From contig CAVTBU010000005.1 of the NCBI GenBank assembly GCA_963733035.1, positions 1,312,001 through 1,376,000 on the forward strand: 64,000 nt of DNA. The letters are read 5' to 3'. Within the stretch, counting starts at the first letter, position 1, and every line of letters begins with the position of its first letter. A program made the position numbers and the translations under genes. Below are positions 52,397-61,051 of this stretch, in pieces. Under the pieces are notes generated by a model. The model saw only the letters and a list, made by a program, of their open reading frames with translations. It was not told where the DNA came from and did no database searches. The stretch is from Pirellulales bacterium. GTDB taxonomy: Bacteria; Planctomycetota; Planctomycetia; Pirellulales; PALSA-1355.

Positions 52397-54967
52397 AACG
52401 GACGATTCTCGCCCTCACGCTGCTGACCGGGATCGCCGGTCGATTATTCGCCGACGAGCCGCCGGCCGCGGCTCCTGCGCCTGAAGCGGCGCCTGCCGCC
52501 ACGCCCGAGCCGGCGCCCGCCGAAGCGACGCCAGCTGCCACGCCCGAGCCGGCGCCCGCCGAAGCGACGCCAGCTGCCACGCCCGAAGCGGCACCCGAGA
52601 AAGCCGCGCCGGAGCCGCAAATGACGCTGGCCGCCTATCCGCCGGACGTTCAACTCACGACTTCTCGCGATCGCCAATCGTACATCGTCGTGGCTACCCG
52701 AGCCGACGGCGTCACGCTGGACGTCACGGCCGAGGCTAAGGCGACGCTCGCCAACCCGGCGCTGGCGAGACTCGCAGGCAACACGCTTCACCCCGCGGCC
52801 GACGGCGAAACGACGCTGACGCTGGAATACCAGGGTCAATCAGTCGCGCTGCCGGTCAAAGTGGCCCAAGCGACAACGGATCGGCCAATCAGCTTCAAGC
52901 TCGACGTGATGCCGGTCTTCATGCGCTCCGGCTGCAATACGGGGAGTTGCCACGGCGCCGCTCGGGGCAAAGATGGGTTCAACCTTTCGCTGTTCGGTTT
53001 TGATCCCGACGGCGACTACAACCGGATCACGCACGAGATTGGCTTTCGCCGGATCAACCTGGCCCTGCCCGCTGAAAGCCTGCTGATGCAAAAGGCTGAC
53101 GGCAGCGTGCCGCATACCGGAGGCAAACGATTCGCGCCTGACAGCGAGTACTACCAGACGGTGCTCCGCTGGCTCGAAGCCGGCGTACCGCACGATCCGG
53201 CCGACGTCGCCACTCCCACCGCGCTTGAAATCTATCCACCGAAAGCCGTGCTGGAAGGGGAGGGAGCCACGCAGCAGTTCATTGCCCGTGCGAAGTATTC
53301 CGACGGCACCGATCGAGACGTCACGAACCTGGCGGTGTTCTTGACGAACAACGACAACTCGGCTCCCGTCGACGCCGAGGGTCTGGTAACCGCCGGCGCA
53401 CGCGGCGAAGCGTTCATCTTCGGCGCTTCGCAACTTACACGGTCGGCAGTCAGGCCTTGGTGCTTCCCAAGGATATCGACTACACCGCCCCCACGACGCC
53501 GCCAGCCAATTACGTCGATGAGCTCGTGAACGCCAAACTGAACAAGATCCGCGTGCTGCCGAGCGAATTGTGCAGCGACGAAGTCTTTCTCCGCCGTGTG
53601 ACGATCGACATCACGGGGCTGCTGCCCACCGTCGAGGAATACAACGAGTTCATGGCCGACAACTCGCCGGACAAACGAGCCAAGCTCGTCGACCGGCTGC
53701 TCGAGCGGAAGGAGTTTTCCGAAATCTGGGCCATGAAATGGGCCAACCTGCTGATGGTCAAGTCGTCGAACGAGGTGAGCTACAAGAGCGCGTTCTTGTA
53801 TTCGAGCTGGCTGACCAACCAGATATCGAACAACGTGCCGCTCAACGTCATGGTGCAGGAACTGCTCAGCGCCAGCGGCGGCACGTTCAGCAATCCGCCT
53901 ACGAACTATTTCCAGATCGAACGCGACACGCTCAAGACGGCCGAAAACGTGGCCCAAGTGTTCATGGGCATCCGCACGCAATGCGCGCAGTGTCATAATC
54001 ATCCGTTCGACCGCTGGACGATGGACGATTACTACGGCTTCGCCGCCTTTTTCGCACAGATCGGCCGCAAGCAAGGCGCCGACTATCGCGAAACAATCGT
54101 CTTCAACTCTGGTGGCGGTGAAGTGAAGCACCCCGTGGGCGGACGCGTGATGGCGCCGAAGTTCCTCGGCGGACCGGCCCCCGACGTGGCAGGCAAGGAT
54201 CGACGCGAAGTGCTGGTCAAATGGTTGGCCTCGCCCGAAAACCCCTTCTTCGCCACCAGCGTCGCCAATCGCGTGTGGGCTCACTTCTTCGGCATCGGCA
54301 TCATCGAGCCGGTGGACGACATTCGCGTCAGCAATCCGGCCAGCAATCCCGAGCTCTTCCAAGCGCTGGGCGACAAACTCACCAGCTACAACTACGACTT
54401 CAAGCAATTGGTGCGTGACATCGCCAATTCGCAAACCTACCAACGGGCATCACAGGCCAATGCCAGCAACGAAACGGACCTGACGAATTTTTCGCACGCT
54501 CGAATCCGCCGTATCCCGGCGGAAAGCGTGCTCGACTGCCTGAGTCAGGTGACCGACGTGCCGGACAAATTCCGAGGCCTGCCGCTTGGCGCCGCGCGGT
54601 GCAAATTGCCGACGGCCAAACCAGTAATTACTTCCTCACGTCGTTTGGACGCTCCCAACGTCTAACCGCTTGTGAGGGAGAGGCCACCACCTCGCCCACG
54701 CTTTCACAGGCGCTGCACATGATCAACGGCGACACGATCTCTCGCAAGATCGGCCAGAGCAAGTGGCTACAGTCGCAAATCGACGCCGGTAAGAAACCGC
54801 CCGAGATCATCGAAAACATCTACATCGCCTGCCTTTCGCGCAAACCGACGACCGAGGAGTTGCAGAAGCTCGAGGGCCTGGTTGGCGCCGACGCGAACGT
54901 GCGCGCGGCCGTCGACGACGTCCTGTGGGCGGTGCTCAACTCGCGCGAGTACCTCTTCAATCACTAA
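52393..54967 (+). CDS. DUF1549/DUF1553 (PSCyt2/PSD1) protein with Ig-like domains; apparent frameshifts near 53424 and 54592
   Basis: SFKLDVMPV..GCNTGSCHG, FLRRVTIDITGLLP, CAQCHNHPFDRW, NRVWAHFFGIG, QALHMING, WAVLNSREYLFNH. Confidence 0.88.
52498..52586 (+). repeat. 39-bp coding tandem repeat (2 exact copies + partial) encoding an ATPEPAPAEATPA linker
   Basis: GCCACGCCCGAGCCGGCGCCCGCCGAAGCGACGCCAGCT at 52498 and 52537, partial copy at 52576. Confidence 0.9.
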
Positions 54968-56697
54968 TGAATTCGGATACCCGGTTACTTAAAGCCATGC
55001 ACCGAAACCTACTTGATATCAGCGTCGTTCTGACGACCGTTTTGCTCGGCGTGCTGACTTGCACGACGGCCGTGTCCGACGAGGCCGCGCCGGAAAAGGT
55101 CACCTACGACGATCACGTCAAAGCGATCTTTCGCGAACATTGCTTCAGCTGCCACAACCAGGACACCAAGAAGAGCGATCTATCGCTGGCCGCCTATGGC
55201 GCCTTGATGGAAGGTGGTGCGTCGGGTGCGGTTATCGAGCCCGGCGACCCGGACAGCTCGCGCTTGTGGGGTCTGGTGACGCACACCGATGAGCCGGCCA
55301 TGCCGCCCATGCAAGACAAACTTCCCGAGGCCAAGCTCGAAACGATCAAGAAATGGATTCTGGGAGGCGCCCTGGAAAACACTGGCTCAGTGGCCAAAGT
55401 GAAGAAGGGCCCCTCGATGCAAATGCTCGCCACCAGCGGCAGCGCCAAACCCGAGGGTCCGCCGCCGATGCCCGAAAAGCGTTCGCGGCAACCGATCGTC
55501 TACACAGAACGGGCCGGCGCCGTCACCGCACTGGCCGCCAGCCCTTGGGCTCCGCTGGTCGCACTCGCCGGTCAGAAGCAAATCCTGCTCTACAATTCCG
55601 ACACTGCCGAATTGCTCTGCGTGCTCCCCTTTCCGGAAGGCATCGCGCACGTGCTTAAATTCAGCCGCTCGGGCACGCTGCTTCTGGCGGGCGGAGGCAT
55701 CGGCGCGAAATCCGGCACCGTCGTCATCTACGACGTCAAAACGGGCGAGCGCGTGACGAGCGTCGGCGAGGAACTCGATGTGGTTCTCGCCGCGGACATC
55801 AACGAAGACCACACCCGGATCGCCCTCGGCGGTCCGGGCCGCGTGGTGCGGATTTATTCGATCGAGGGTGAGCTGTTGCACGAAATCCGCAAGCACACGG
55901 AATGGATTTACGCGGTTGAATTCAGCCCCGACGGCGTGCTGCTGGCCACGGCCGACCGCAACGGCGGCCTGTTCGTCTGGGAAGCGGAAACGGCGCGCGA
56001 ATACCAGAATCTGGCCGGCCACAAAGGGGGCGTCACCGACGTCAGCTGGCGGGCCGACTCCAACGTGCTGGCCAGCGCCAGCGAAGATGGCACGATTAAG
56101 CTCTGGGAGATGGAAGGCGGTAAGGAAATCAAGAATATCGGCGCTCATGGGGGCGGCGTAACGGCCGTGGAGTTCGCCCAAGACGGCAAAATTGTTTCCG
56201 CGGGTCGGGATCGCCTCACGAAGCTGTGGGACGGCAACGGCGGCGCAATTCGCGAGTTCCCGCCGCTTGGTGATCTGGCCATGGAAGTGGCGATCACCCA
56301 CAACTCCGGGCGCGTGATCGCCGGTGACTGGCTGGGCGAGGTGCGCATGTGGGACGCCGCCGACGGCAAGCAAGTAGCCCGGTTGCCACCGAATCCGCCC
56401 ACGCTGCAAATGCTTGTCGATGCCCAAATGGCGGCTGCCGAGGCCGCTGGCAAGGCCGCCGCTCAAGCGGCCGCCGAAGTCGAGGCGCAAAAGGCCGTCG
56501 CAGCCGCCGCGGGCGAAGCGGCCAAAAAAGCGGCCGCGGAATTGGCCGCGGCTGAAGCCGCGCTGGCCGAAAAATCCAAGGCCAGCCAGGCCGCCGCCGA
56601 GGCCGCGGCAGCTGCCAAGGCGAAGCTCGACAGCCTGGCCACCGAAAAGGCGGCTTTCGAAGAATCGCAATCGGCTCAGGCCAGCACGGCCAAGTAA
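54967..56697 (+). CDS. Planctomycete cytochrome c (PSCyt1) + WD40 repeat protein with an Ala/Lys-rich coiled-coil tail
   Basis: CFSCH, PGDPDSSRL, MPP, WI..GA; WD repeats (H..WIYAVEFSPDG, SEDGTIKLW); start at 54967 (TAATG overlap) or 54997. Confidence 0.88.
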   Translation: MNSDTRLLKAMHRNLLDISVVLTTVLLGVLTCTTAVSDEAAPEKVTYDDHVKAIFREHCFSCHNQDTKKSDLSLAAYGALMEGGASGAVIEPGDPDSSRLWGLVTHTDEPAMPPMQDKLPEAKLETIKKWILGGALENTGSVAKVKKGPSMQMLATSGSAKPEGPPPMPEKRSRQPIVYTERAGAVTALAASPWAPLVALAGQKQILLYNSDTAELLCVLPFPEGIAHVLKFSRSGTLLLAGGGIGAKSGTVVIYDVKTGERVTSVGEELDVVLAADINEDHTRIALGGPGRVVRIYSIEGELLHEIRKHTEWIYAVEFSPDGVLLATADRNGGLFVWEAETAREYQNLAGHKGGVTDVSWRADSNVLASASEDGTIKLWEMEGGKEIKNIGAHGGGVTAVEFAQDGKIVSAGRDRLTKLWDGNGGAIREFPPLGDLAMEVAITHNSGRVIAGDWLGEVRMWDAADGKQVARLPPNPPTLQMLVDAQMAAAEAAGKAAAQAAAEVEAQKAVAAAAGEAAKKAAAELAAAEAALAEKSKASQAAAEAAAAAKAKLDSLATEKAAFEESQSAQASTAK

Positions 56698-56747
56698 TGC
56701 GAAACTCTCCGCGGTAAGTTTCAAGCAGCGCACATTCGAAGCGGCGC

Positions 56748-56794
56748 AAAAAAAGAAGCACATCGCCCCTGGGTCGTCGGGCGATGTGCTTTTC
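56748..56794. terminator. Bidirectional rho-independent terminator
   Basis: 13-bp stem AAGCACATCGCCC/GGGCGATGTGCTT, A7 on the left and TTTT on the right, between convergent stops. Confidence 0.8.
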
Positions 56795-56823
56795 TATAAA
56801 GTCCGGTTCAGCCTCTTCGAGTA

Positions 56824-57048
56824 TTACTCGCGGGGGCGAACGGCGCCGGTCAAGCCGCTGTAGTCCGGACGATCCTCGGGATGCCACAACGGTTCGCCGC
56901 GCAGCACGCGCGCGGCCAGGACATCGAGCTTTTCCTTCGAACCGGCCGGAGCCTCCGTCGGACAAAAATCCTCGTCTTGGCACGGCGCGAAGTCTTCGTC
57001 GTGCCCATACTTCAAAATCGCTTCAAACACGTTCCGCATTTGCCGCAT
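56824..57048 (-). CDS. Small hypothetical protein (74 aa)
   Basis: GGAGGG RBS; PTEAPAGSKEKLDVL..R..RGEPLWHPEDR; has its own promoter and terminator. Confidence 0.75.
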   Translation of the reverse strand: MRQMRNVFEAILKYGHDEDFAPCQDEDFCPTEAPAGSKEKLDVLAARVLRGEPLWHPEDRPDYSGLTGAVRPRE

Positions 57049-57304
57049 CGAATCACACCCTCCAAAACACACAAAAAATTGCCCCGCTCGCTGTTCACAC
57101 ACAGCTACAGTTCAAGACACCACAATTGGAATACAAATCAAACGAGACAACCGATCCGTCAGCCTTTCGGAGAACGATCTGCCGACCCGCAAACCGTCCT
57201 GGCGGGTGAAGGGGCAAGATCAAACCAATCGGACAAAAGGTGGGTTCGTAGGCGATCCGAATTCCAGGCAGGGCAGAAAATACACGATTCACTTAAAACG
57301 ACTT

Positions 57305-57332
57305 ATTGTCTCTGCCAAAATTCAAAAGTCAA
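57305..57332 (-). promoter_or_regulatory. sigma70-type promoter about 255 nt upstream of the 74-aa gene
   Basis: TTGACT-16nt-GACAAT in AT-rich context. Confidence 0.5.
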
Positions 57333-57574
57333 TACTCGGCCCCCCATTTTGCCCCTTGACGCAGGCCAGGCCGCAACACATCCAAATCTACCGATCAATT
57401 TGAGTCTGCCATGCCTTGCGCGAATGTGCAGTCGAACGCGAATTCCACTTCGACGAGAGTATGTCGCCAGCCCCGCCGGCGACCCCTCCACCTCATCGCT
57501 TGGCCTCAGACTACCATCTGCTACGCTCAATCGAAGCATAAATCTTCGATTCTTACGGGAAAGAAACCGTCCCC

Positions 57575-58003
57575 ATGGCTTGGTACCAGCGACAGCTTGA
57601 ACTCCCAGCTTTCCGCCGAGGTTTTCACCTGATCACCGATCGCGTCGTCTCCGCCGTACCCGAAATCGAACGCATCGACGTCGGCCTGCTGCATGTTTTC
57701 ATCCAGCACACATCGGCCTCGGTCACGATCAACGAAAATGCCGATCCTGACGTGCCGGTCGACCTGGAGTCCGCACTGAATGCGATTGCACCGGAGGACT
57801 TCGACTACACGCACACGATCGAAGGGCCCGACGATATGCCGGCCCACGTAAAGGCGTCCCTGCTCGGCGCAGCGGTCACGATTCCGATTCGCGCCGGTCG
57901 ACTACTGCTCGGCACTTGGCAGGGTATTTACCTCTGCGAACATCGCAATCGTGCCAGCGGACGCAAGCTAGTGCTTACCGTTCAGGGCGAGCCGTACGCG
58001 TAA
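57575..58003 (+). CDS. yjbQ: YjbQ/UPF0047 family (secondary thiamine-phosphate synthase)
   Basis: RGFHLIT, HTSAS..INENADPDV, EGPDDMPAHVK, LGTWQGIYLCEHR. Confidence 0.93.
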   Translation: MAWYQRQLELPAFRRGFHLITDRVVSAVPEIERIDVGLLHVFIQHTSASVTINENADPDVPVDLESALNAIAPEDFDYTHTIEGPDDMPAHVKASLLGAAVTIPIRAGRLLLGTWQGIYLCEHRNRASGRKLVLTVQGEPYA

Positions 58004-58015
58004 CTACCGGCGCGA

Positions 58016-59098
58016 TTACCATTCGCCGTAGGCGGCGACACCGCGTCCAGACGCCGCGATCCGGGCCAGGTCATCGAGCCAACATTCCAAGAGCGTCGTT
58101 TGGTGCGCATTTCGATCGATGTGAGTCAACGCTTCGAGCGATCGGTCGATACAGGCGGCCACCACCTCGGAGTCCCACGGCCAGCGCGCGGCGGCATTCT
58201 CAACGATCCGCAATAGCTCCGCGTCTCCCACCGGTGCGACGCCCGCGCATCGGCGCATCAGCTGCCGATAAAACTCCACGGCGAAAGCAATCGCCTGTCG
58301 TGCACGAGCGCACCGCGCCGCGGACTCTTTTCCGGCCGCTTCCACAAACGGTACGAGCACCGTCGCAAGTTCGACGCTGTGCAGTCGCGGTTCGGCCAGT
58401 GCTTCGAGCAACGTTCGGCGAAAGTCCCAGAGGTCGTCATCGGCCAGTGCCACGGCCCGTTCGACGCTCCCCTCGGCAAACGCAGCCATCCGTTCGGCCT
58501 GTGCTCGGTCGGCCGCCAGCCCTTTGTCCAACAAAACGCGGATCAGCGTCTGCTCGTCGAGAGGCCGAAAGCGAATCGTCTGGGCTCGCGAACGGATGGT
58601 TGGCAACTGTCGATCCGCGCTGGTGCCGATGAGGATCAACACGGAGCGCGGCGGAGGCTCTTCCAGCGTCTTAAGCAGACTGTTGGCTCCCTCCTCGTTC
58701 AAGTAGTCGGCATCGTCGATGATCGCCACTTTTCGCCCGCCCATGAACGGCTTGAGTGCGATGTCGTGGCACAGCCCTTCGCGCATCCGGCGATTGTCCT
58801 CGCCGATGAACGCCGCCACGGGAATCGCGCTCTTATCGGGAGGCTTTTCCACGATTTGCAGATCCGGATGCGTTCGCGACGCCACCTGTACGCAAGCATC
58901 GCAACGCCCGCAAGCGACCAGTGTCTGCGCGTCGGCATACGGGCAAAGCAGCGACTGGGCCAGGTGATCGGCAAAAGCCCGCTTGCCAATTCCCGCTGGG
59001 CCGACAAACAGGAACGTGCTGGCCAGGCGTCCTCGCGCGATCGCGCGGCGAAAACGCTCGACCACGTCGTCGTGTCCCTCAATGCCTTGCCAGGTCAT
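58016..59098 (-). CDS. holB: DNA polymerase III subunit delta'
   Basis: LFVGPAGIGK, CGRCDAC, HPD, ANSLLKTLEEPP, LPTIRSR. Confidence 0.9.
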   Translation of the reverse strand: MTWQGIEGHDDVVERFRRAIARGRLASTFLFVGPAGIGKRAFADHLAQSLLCPYADAQTLVACGRCDACVQVASRTHPDLQIVEKPPDKSAIPVAAFIGEDNRRMREGLCHDIALKPFMGGRKVAIIDDADYLNEEGANSLLKTLEEPPPRSVLILIGTSADRQLPTIRSRAQTIRFRPLDEQTLIRVLLDKGLAADRAQAERMAAFAEGSVERAVALADDDLWDFRRTLLEALAEPRLHSVELATVLVPFVEAAGKESAARCARARQAIAFAVEFYRQLMRRCAGVAPVGDAELLRIVENAAARWPWDSEVVAACIDRSLEALTHIDRNAHQTTLLECWLDDLARIAASGRGVAAYGEW

Positions 59099-59312
59099 GT
59101 TGCATCCGCCGGTCACAAGGAATCCGCTCAATCGCGGGGGCATTGTACCGCATCCGACGCCATGCCGCAGTAGGCCGATGCACAAGCACACGCCAACCCG
59201 CAAACCAAAACCGCGCGTGCGTCTCCAAGACGCGTGCGCTTCCAAGAAACGACAACGCCAGAGCTGCCTGGCCGGCGAACTCTGGCGCTGACGAACAACC
59301 TTGGTGTTGGCG

Positions 59313-59780
59313 TTAGCTCGCCTTCACGGGAATTCGCTTGGCGAGCGCTTCCTGGGCCTTCTGCAGTTTGATGTGCAAGACCCCGTCCTTATACTTGGCG
59401 TCAACGTTGTCTGGGTCGACGGCCGACGGCAGCGTCACCTCGCGGCGGAAGCTGCCGAAGCGGCGCTCCTGGTAGAGATAACCCTTCTCCTTGCGCTCTT
59501 CGCTCTCTTTCTTTTCGCCGGAAATTACCAGCGCGTTGCCGTTGATCGACAGGTCGAGTTCCTCGGGCTTCACGCCGGGGATTTCAGCCCGCACGTGGAT
59601 TTCCTTGTCGGTTTCCTCAACGTCGAGCGGCGGTCCCCAACTCGACAGTCCCCACGCACTGGCCGGCGGCGCGAAGGACTCACCGAAAAACGACTGGAAC
59701 AGCTGGTCCATCTCGTTGCGAAAACTGGCCGCCGGCACGCCGGATTGCTGTTGCTTGTGTCTCCAGGGTATCAGGCTCAT
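59313..59780 (-). CDS. Hsp20/alpha-crystallin small heat shock protein
   Basis: PPLDVEET, AEIPGV, ERRFGSFRR, A.YKDGVL.I.L.K. Confidence 0.93.
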   Translation of the reverse strand: MSLIPWRHKQQQSGVPAASFRNEMDQLFQSFFGESFAPPASAWGLSSWGPPLDVEETDKEIHVRAEIPGVKPEELDLSINGNALVISGEKKESEERKEKGYLYQERRFGSFRREVTLPSAVDPDNVDAKYKDGVLHIKLQKAQEALAKRIPVKAS

Positions 59781-59846
59781 ATTGTCACGCTCCTTTCTGA
59801 TACGTTTCGATTGAGAGCTTGGCAAAACTCTGGACGCAAGCAGCGG

Positions 59847-60239
59847 CTAGCTGCCGGCCTTAACCGCGATCTTGCGCGGCTTGGCGGCTTCGACCTTCGG
59901 CAGGTGCACGGTCAGCACGCCGCCGGCACACTCGGCCTGAACACCACTCACGTTGATCTGTTCGCTAACGCGAAAGGTGCGATAGAAATCGCCGATCCCG
60001 TACTCGTGCAGCAGAAAGCGCGTCCCGTCGGCGTATCGTGATGCGATTTTGCCCTGAATCGTGAGCACGCCTTCCTCGAAGTCGATGTCAATGTCCTCGC
60101 TTTTCACGCCAGGCACGTCGGCAATTAACGTCAACTCGCTTGCGGTCTCAAGAATGTCCACGTTTGGCCGATAAACCTGTCCGCTGCGAGTGCGTTCGGC
60201 GGCCTCGGCTTCGTTCTTCACGGAAGTTTCAGTTGTCAT
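59847..60239 (-). CDS. Hsp20/alpha-crystallin small heat shock protein
   Basis: PNVDILET, ADVPGV, EYGIGDFYRTF, GVLTVHLPK..AKPRKI. Confidence 0.92.
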   Translation of the reverse strand: MTTETSVKNEAEAAERTRSGQVYRPNVDILETASELTLIADVPGVKSEDIDIDFEEGVLTIQGKIASRYADGTRFLLHEYGIGDFYRTFRVSEQINVSGVQAECAGGVLTVHLPKVEAAKPRKIAVKAGS

Positions 60240-60312
60240 CGGAAGGAACTCCTCTGTTGCTGGCGCCAGGCGCCAGATGTTGATTGGATTCGAAAGAGCT
60301 GCGCCCGGTCGC

Positions 60313-60774
60313 TTATTGGCCGGACGACACCTTGATCTTCTTGGGCTTGGCACTTTCGGCCTTGGGCAGTTTGATCCGCAGCACGCCGTCTGTCAGCGAG
60401 GCCTCAACCTTGCTGGCATCGACTTCGACGGGCAATCGCAAAACACGATTGAACTGCCCCGTCCCGCGTTCCTGGCGATGATAGGCCACGCCTGATTGCT
60501 GGGGTTCGCCGCGACGGCCGCGAATTGTCAAGTCTCCAGCCATGACCGAAATATCGAGGTCCTCGCTGTTGACGCCGGGCAACTCCGCCTCGGCATAGAG
60601 CGCATCCCCGTCGTCCCAAATGTTGAGCGGCGGAAAACCCCCAGCTGGGCGATCGGCAACCCAGCGCGCCGCTGGACCGTCGCCTGGCGGCGTGAAAAAA
60701 TCATGGACCAGCCGGTCCATTTCGTCGCGCAGTTGGGCCACCGGCAGCAGTGTATTGACTCGTCGAAAAACCAT
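60313..60774 (-). CDS. Hsp20/alpha-crystallin small heat shock protein
   Basis: FPPLNIW, AELPGV, YHRQERGTGQFNR, DGVLRIKLPK; GAGGAGG RBS. Confidence 0.93.
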   Translation of the reverse strand: MVFRRVNTLLPVAQLRDEMDRLVHDFFTPPGDGPAARWVADRPAGGFPPLNIWDDGDALYAEAELPGVNSEDLDISVMAGDLTIRGRRGEPQQSGVAYHRQERGTGQFNRVLRLPVEVDASKVEASLTDGVLRIKLPKAESAKPKKIKVSSGQ

Positions 60775-60911
60775 GGAATTTACCTCCTCGAATAGTGCAT
60801 TCGATTGGCAGCAGGAAGCGGACTCTTCGTCCTGCCGGGGACGGCGCTCCGTACCCGGACGGGACGGTTCTTGGTGAAATGGGCGACGCCGAAGCATCCG
60901 CGGCTACTTAC

Positions 60912-60928
60912 CGCAAAGCTGGTGCCAA
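60912..60928 (-). promoter_or_regulatory. sigma54 (-24/-12) promoter of the hsp20 operon
   Basis: TTGGCAC-CAGCT-TTGCG, near-consensus TGGCAC-N5-TTGC. Confidence 0.75.
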
Positions 60929-60992
60929 TTGCTGCGGCCGGCTTCAAATACAGATAGGCCAGCGGTTTGTGACAGACTTCACGATGCGCGGC

Positions 60993-61024
60993 AAAAAAGG
61001 CGGCCTGTCAAAATGACAGGCCGC
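60993..61024 (-). terminator. Rho-independent terminator of the 61052-62974 gene (palindrome may also be an activator site)
   Basis: 11-bp stem GCGGCCTGTCA/TGACAGGCCGC followed by U6 on the minus strand. Confidence 0.65.
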
Positions 61025-61051
61025 GAAGTCGATTATTGGCCGCCACCGCAG

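Noticed and set aside
52498..52586. 39-bp direct repeats as a possible CRISPR array
   Set aside because: No spacers; in-frame Pro/Ala linker; no cas genes in the window
59256..59287. Hairpin CGCCAGAG/CTCTGGCG after the hsp20 operon as a terminator
   Set aside because: Large loop and only a broken U-tract; too weak to call
60775..61050. CIRCE/HrcA operator upstream of hsp20
   Set aside because: No TTAGCACTC-N9-GAGTGCTAA found
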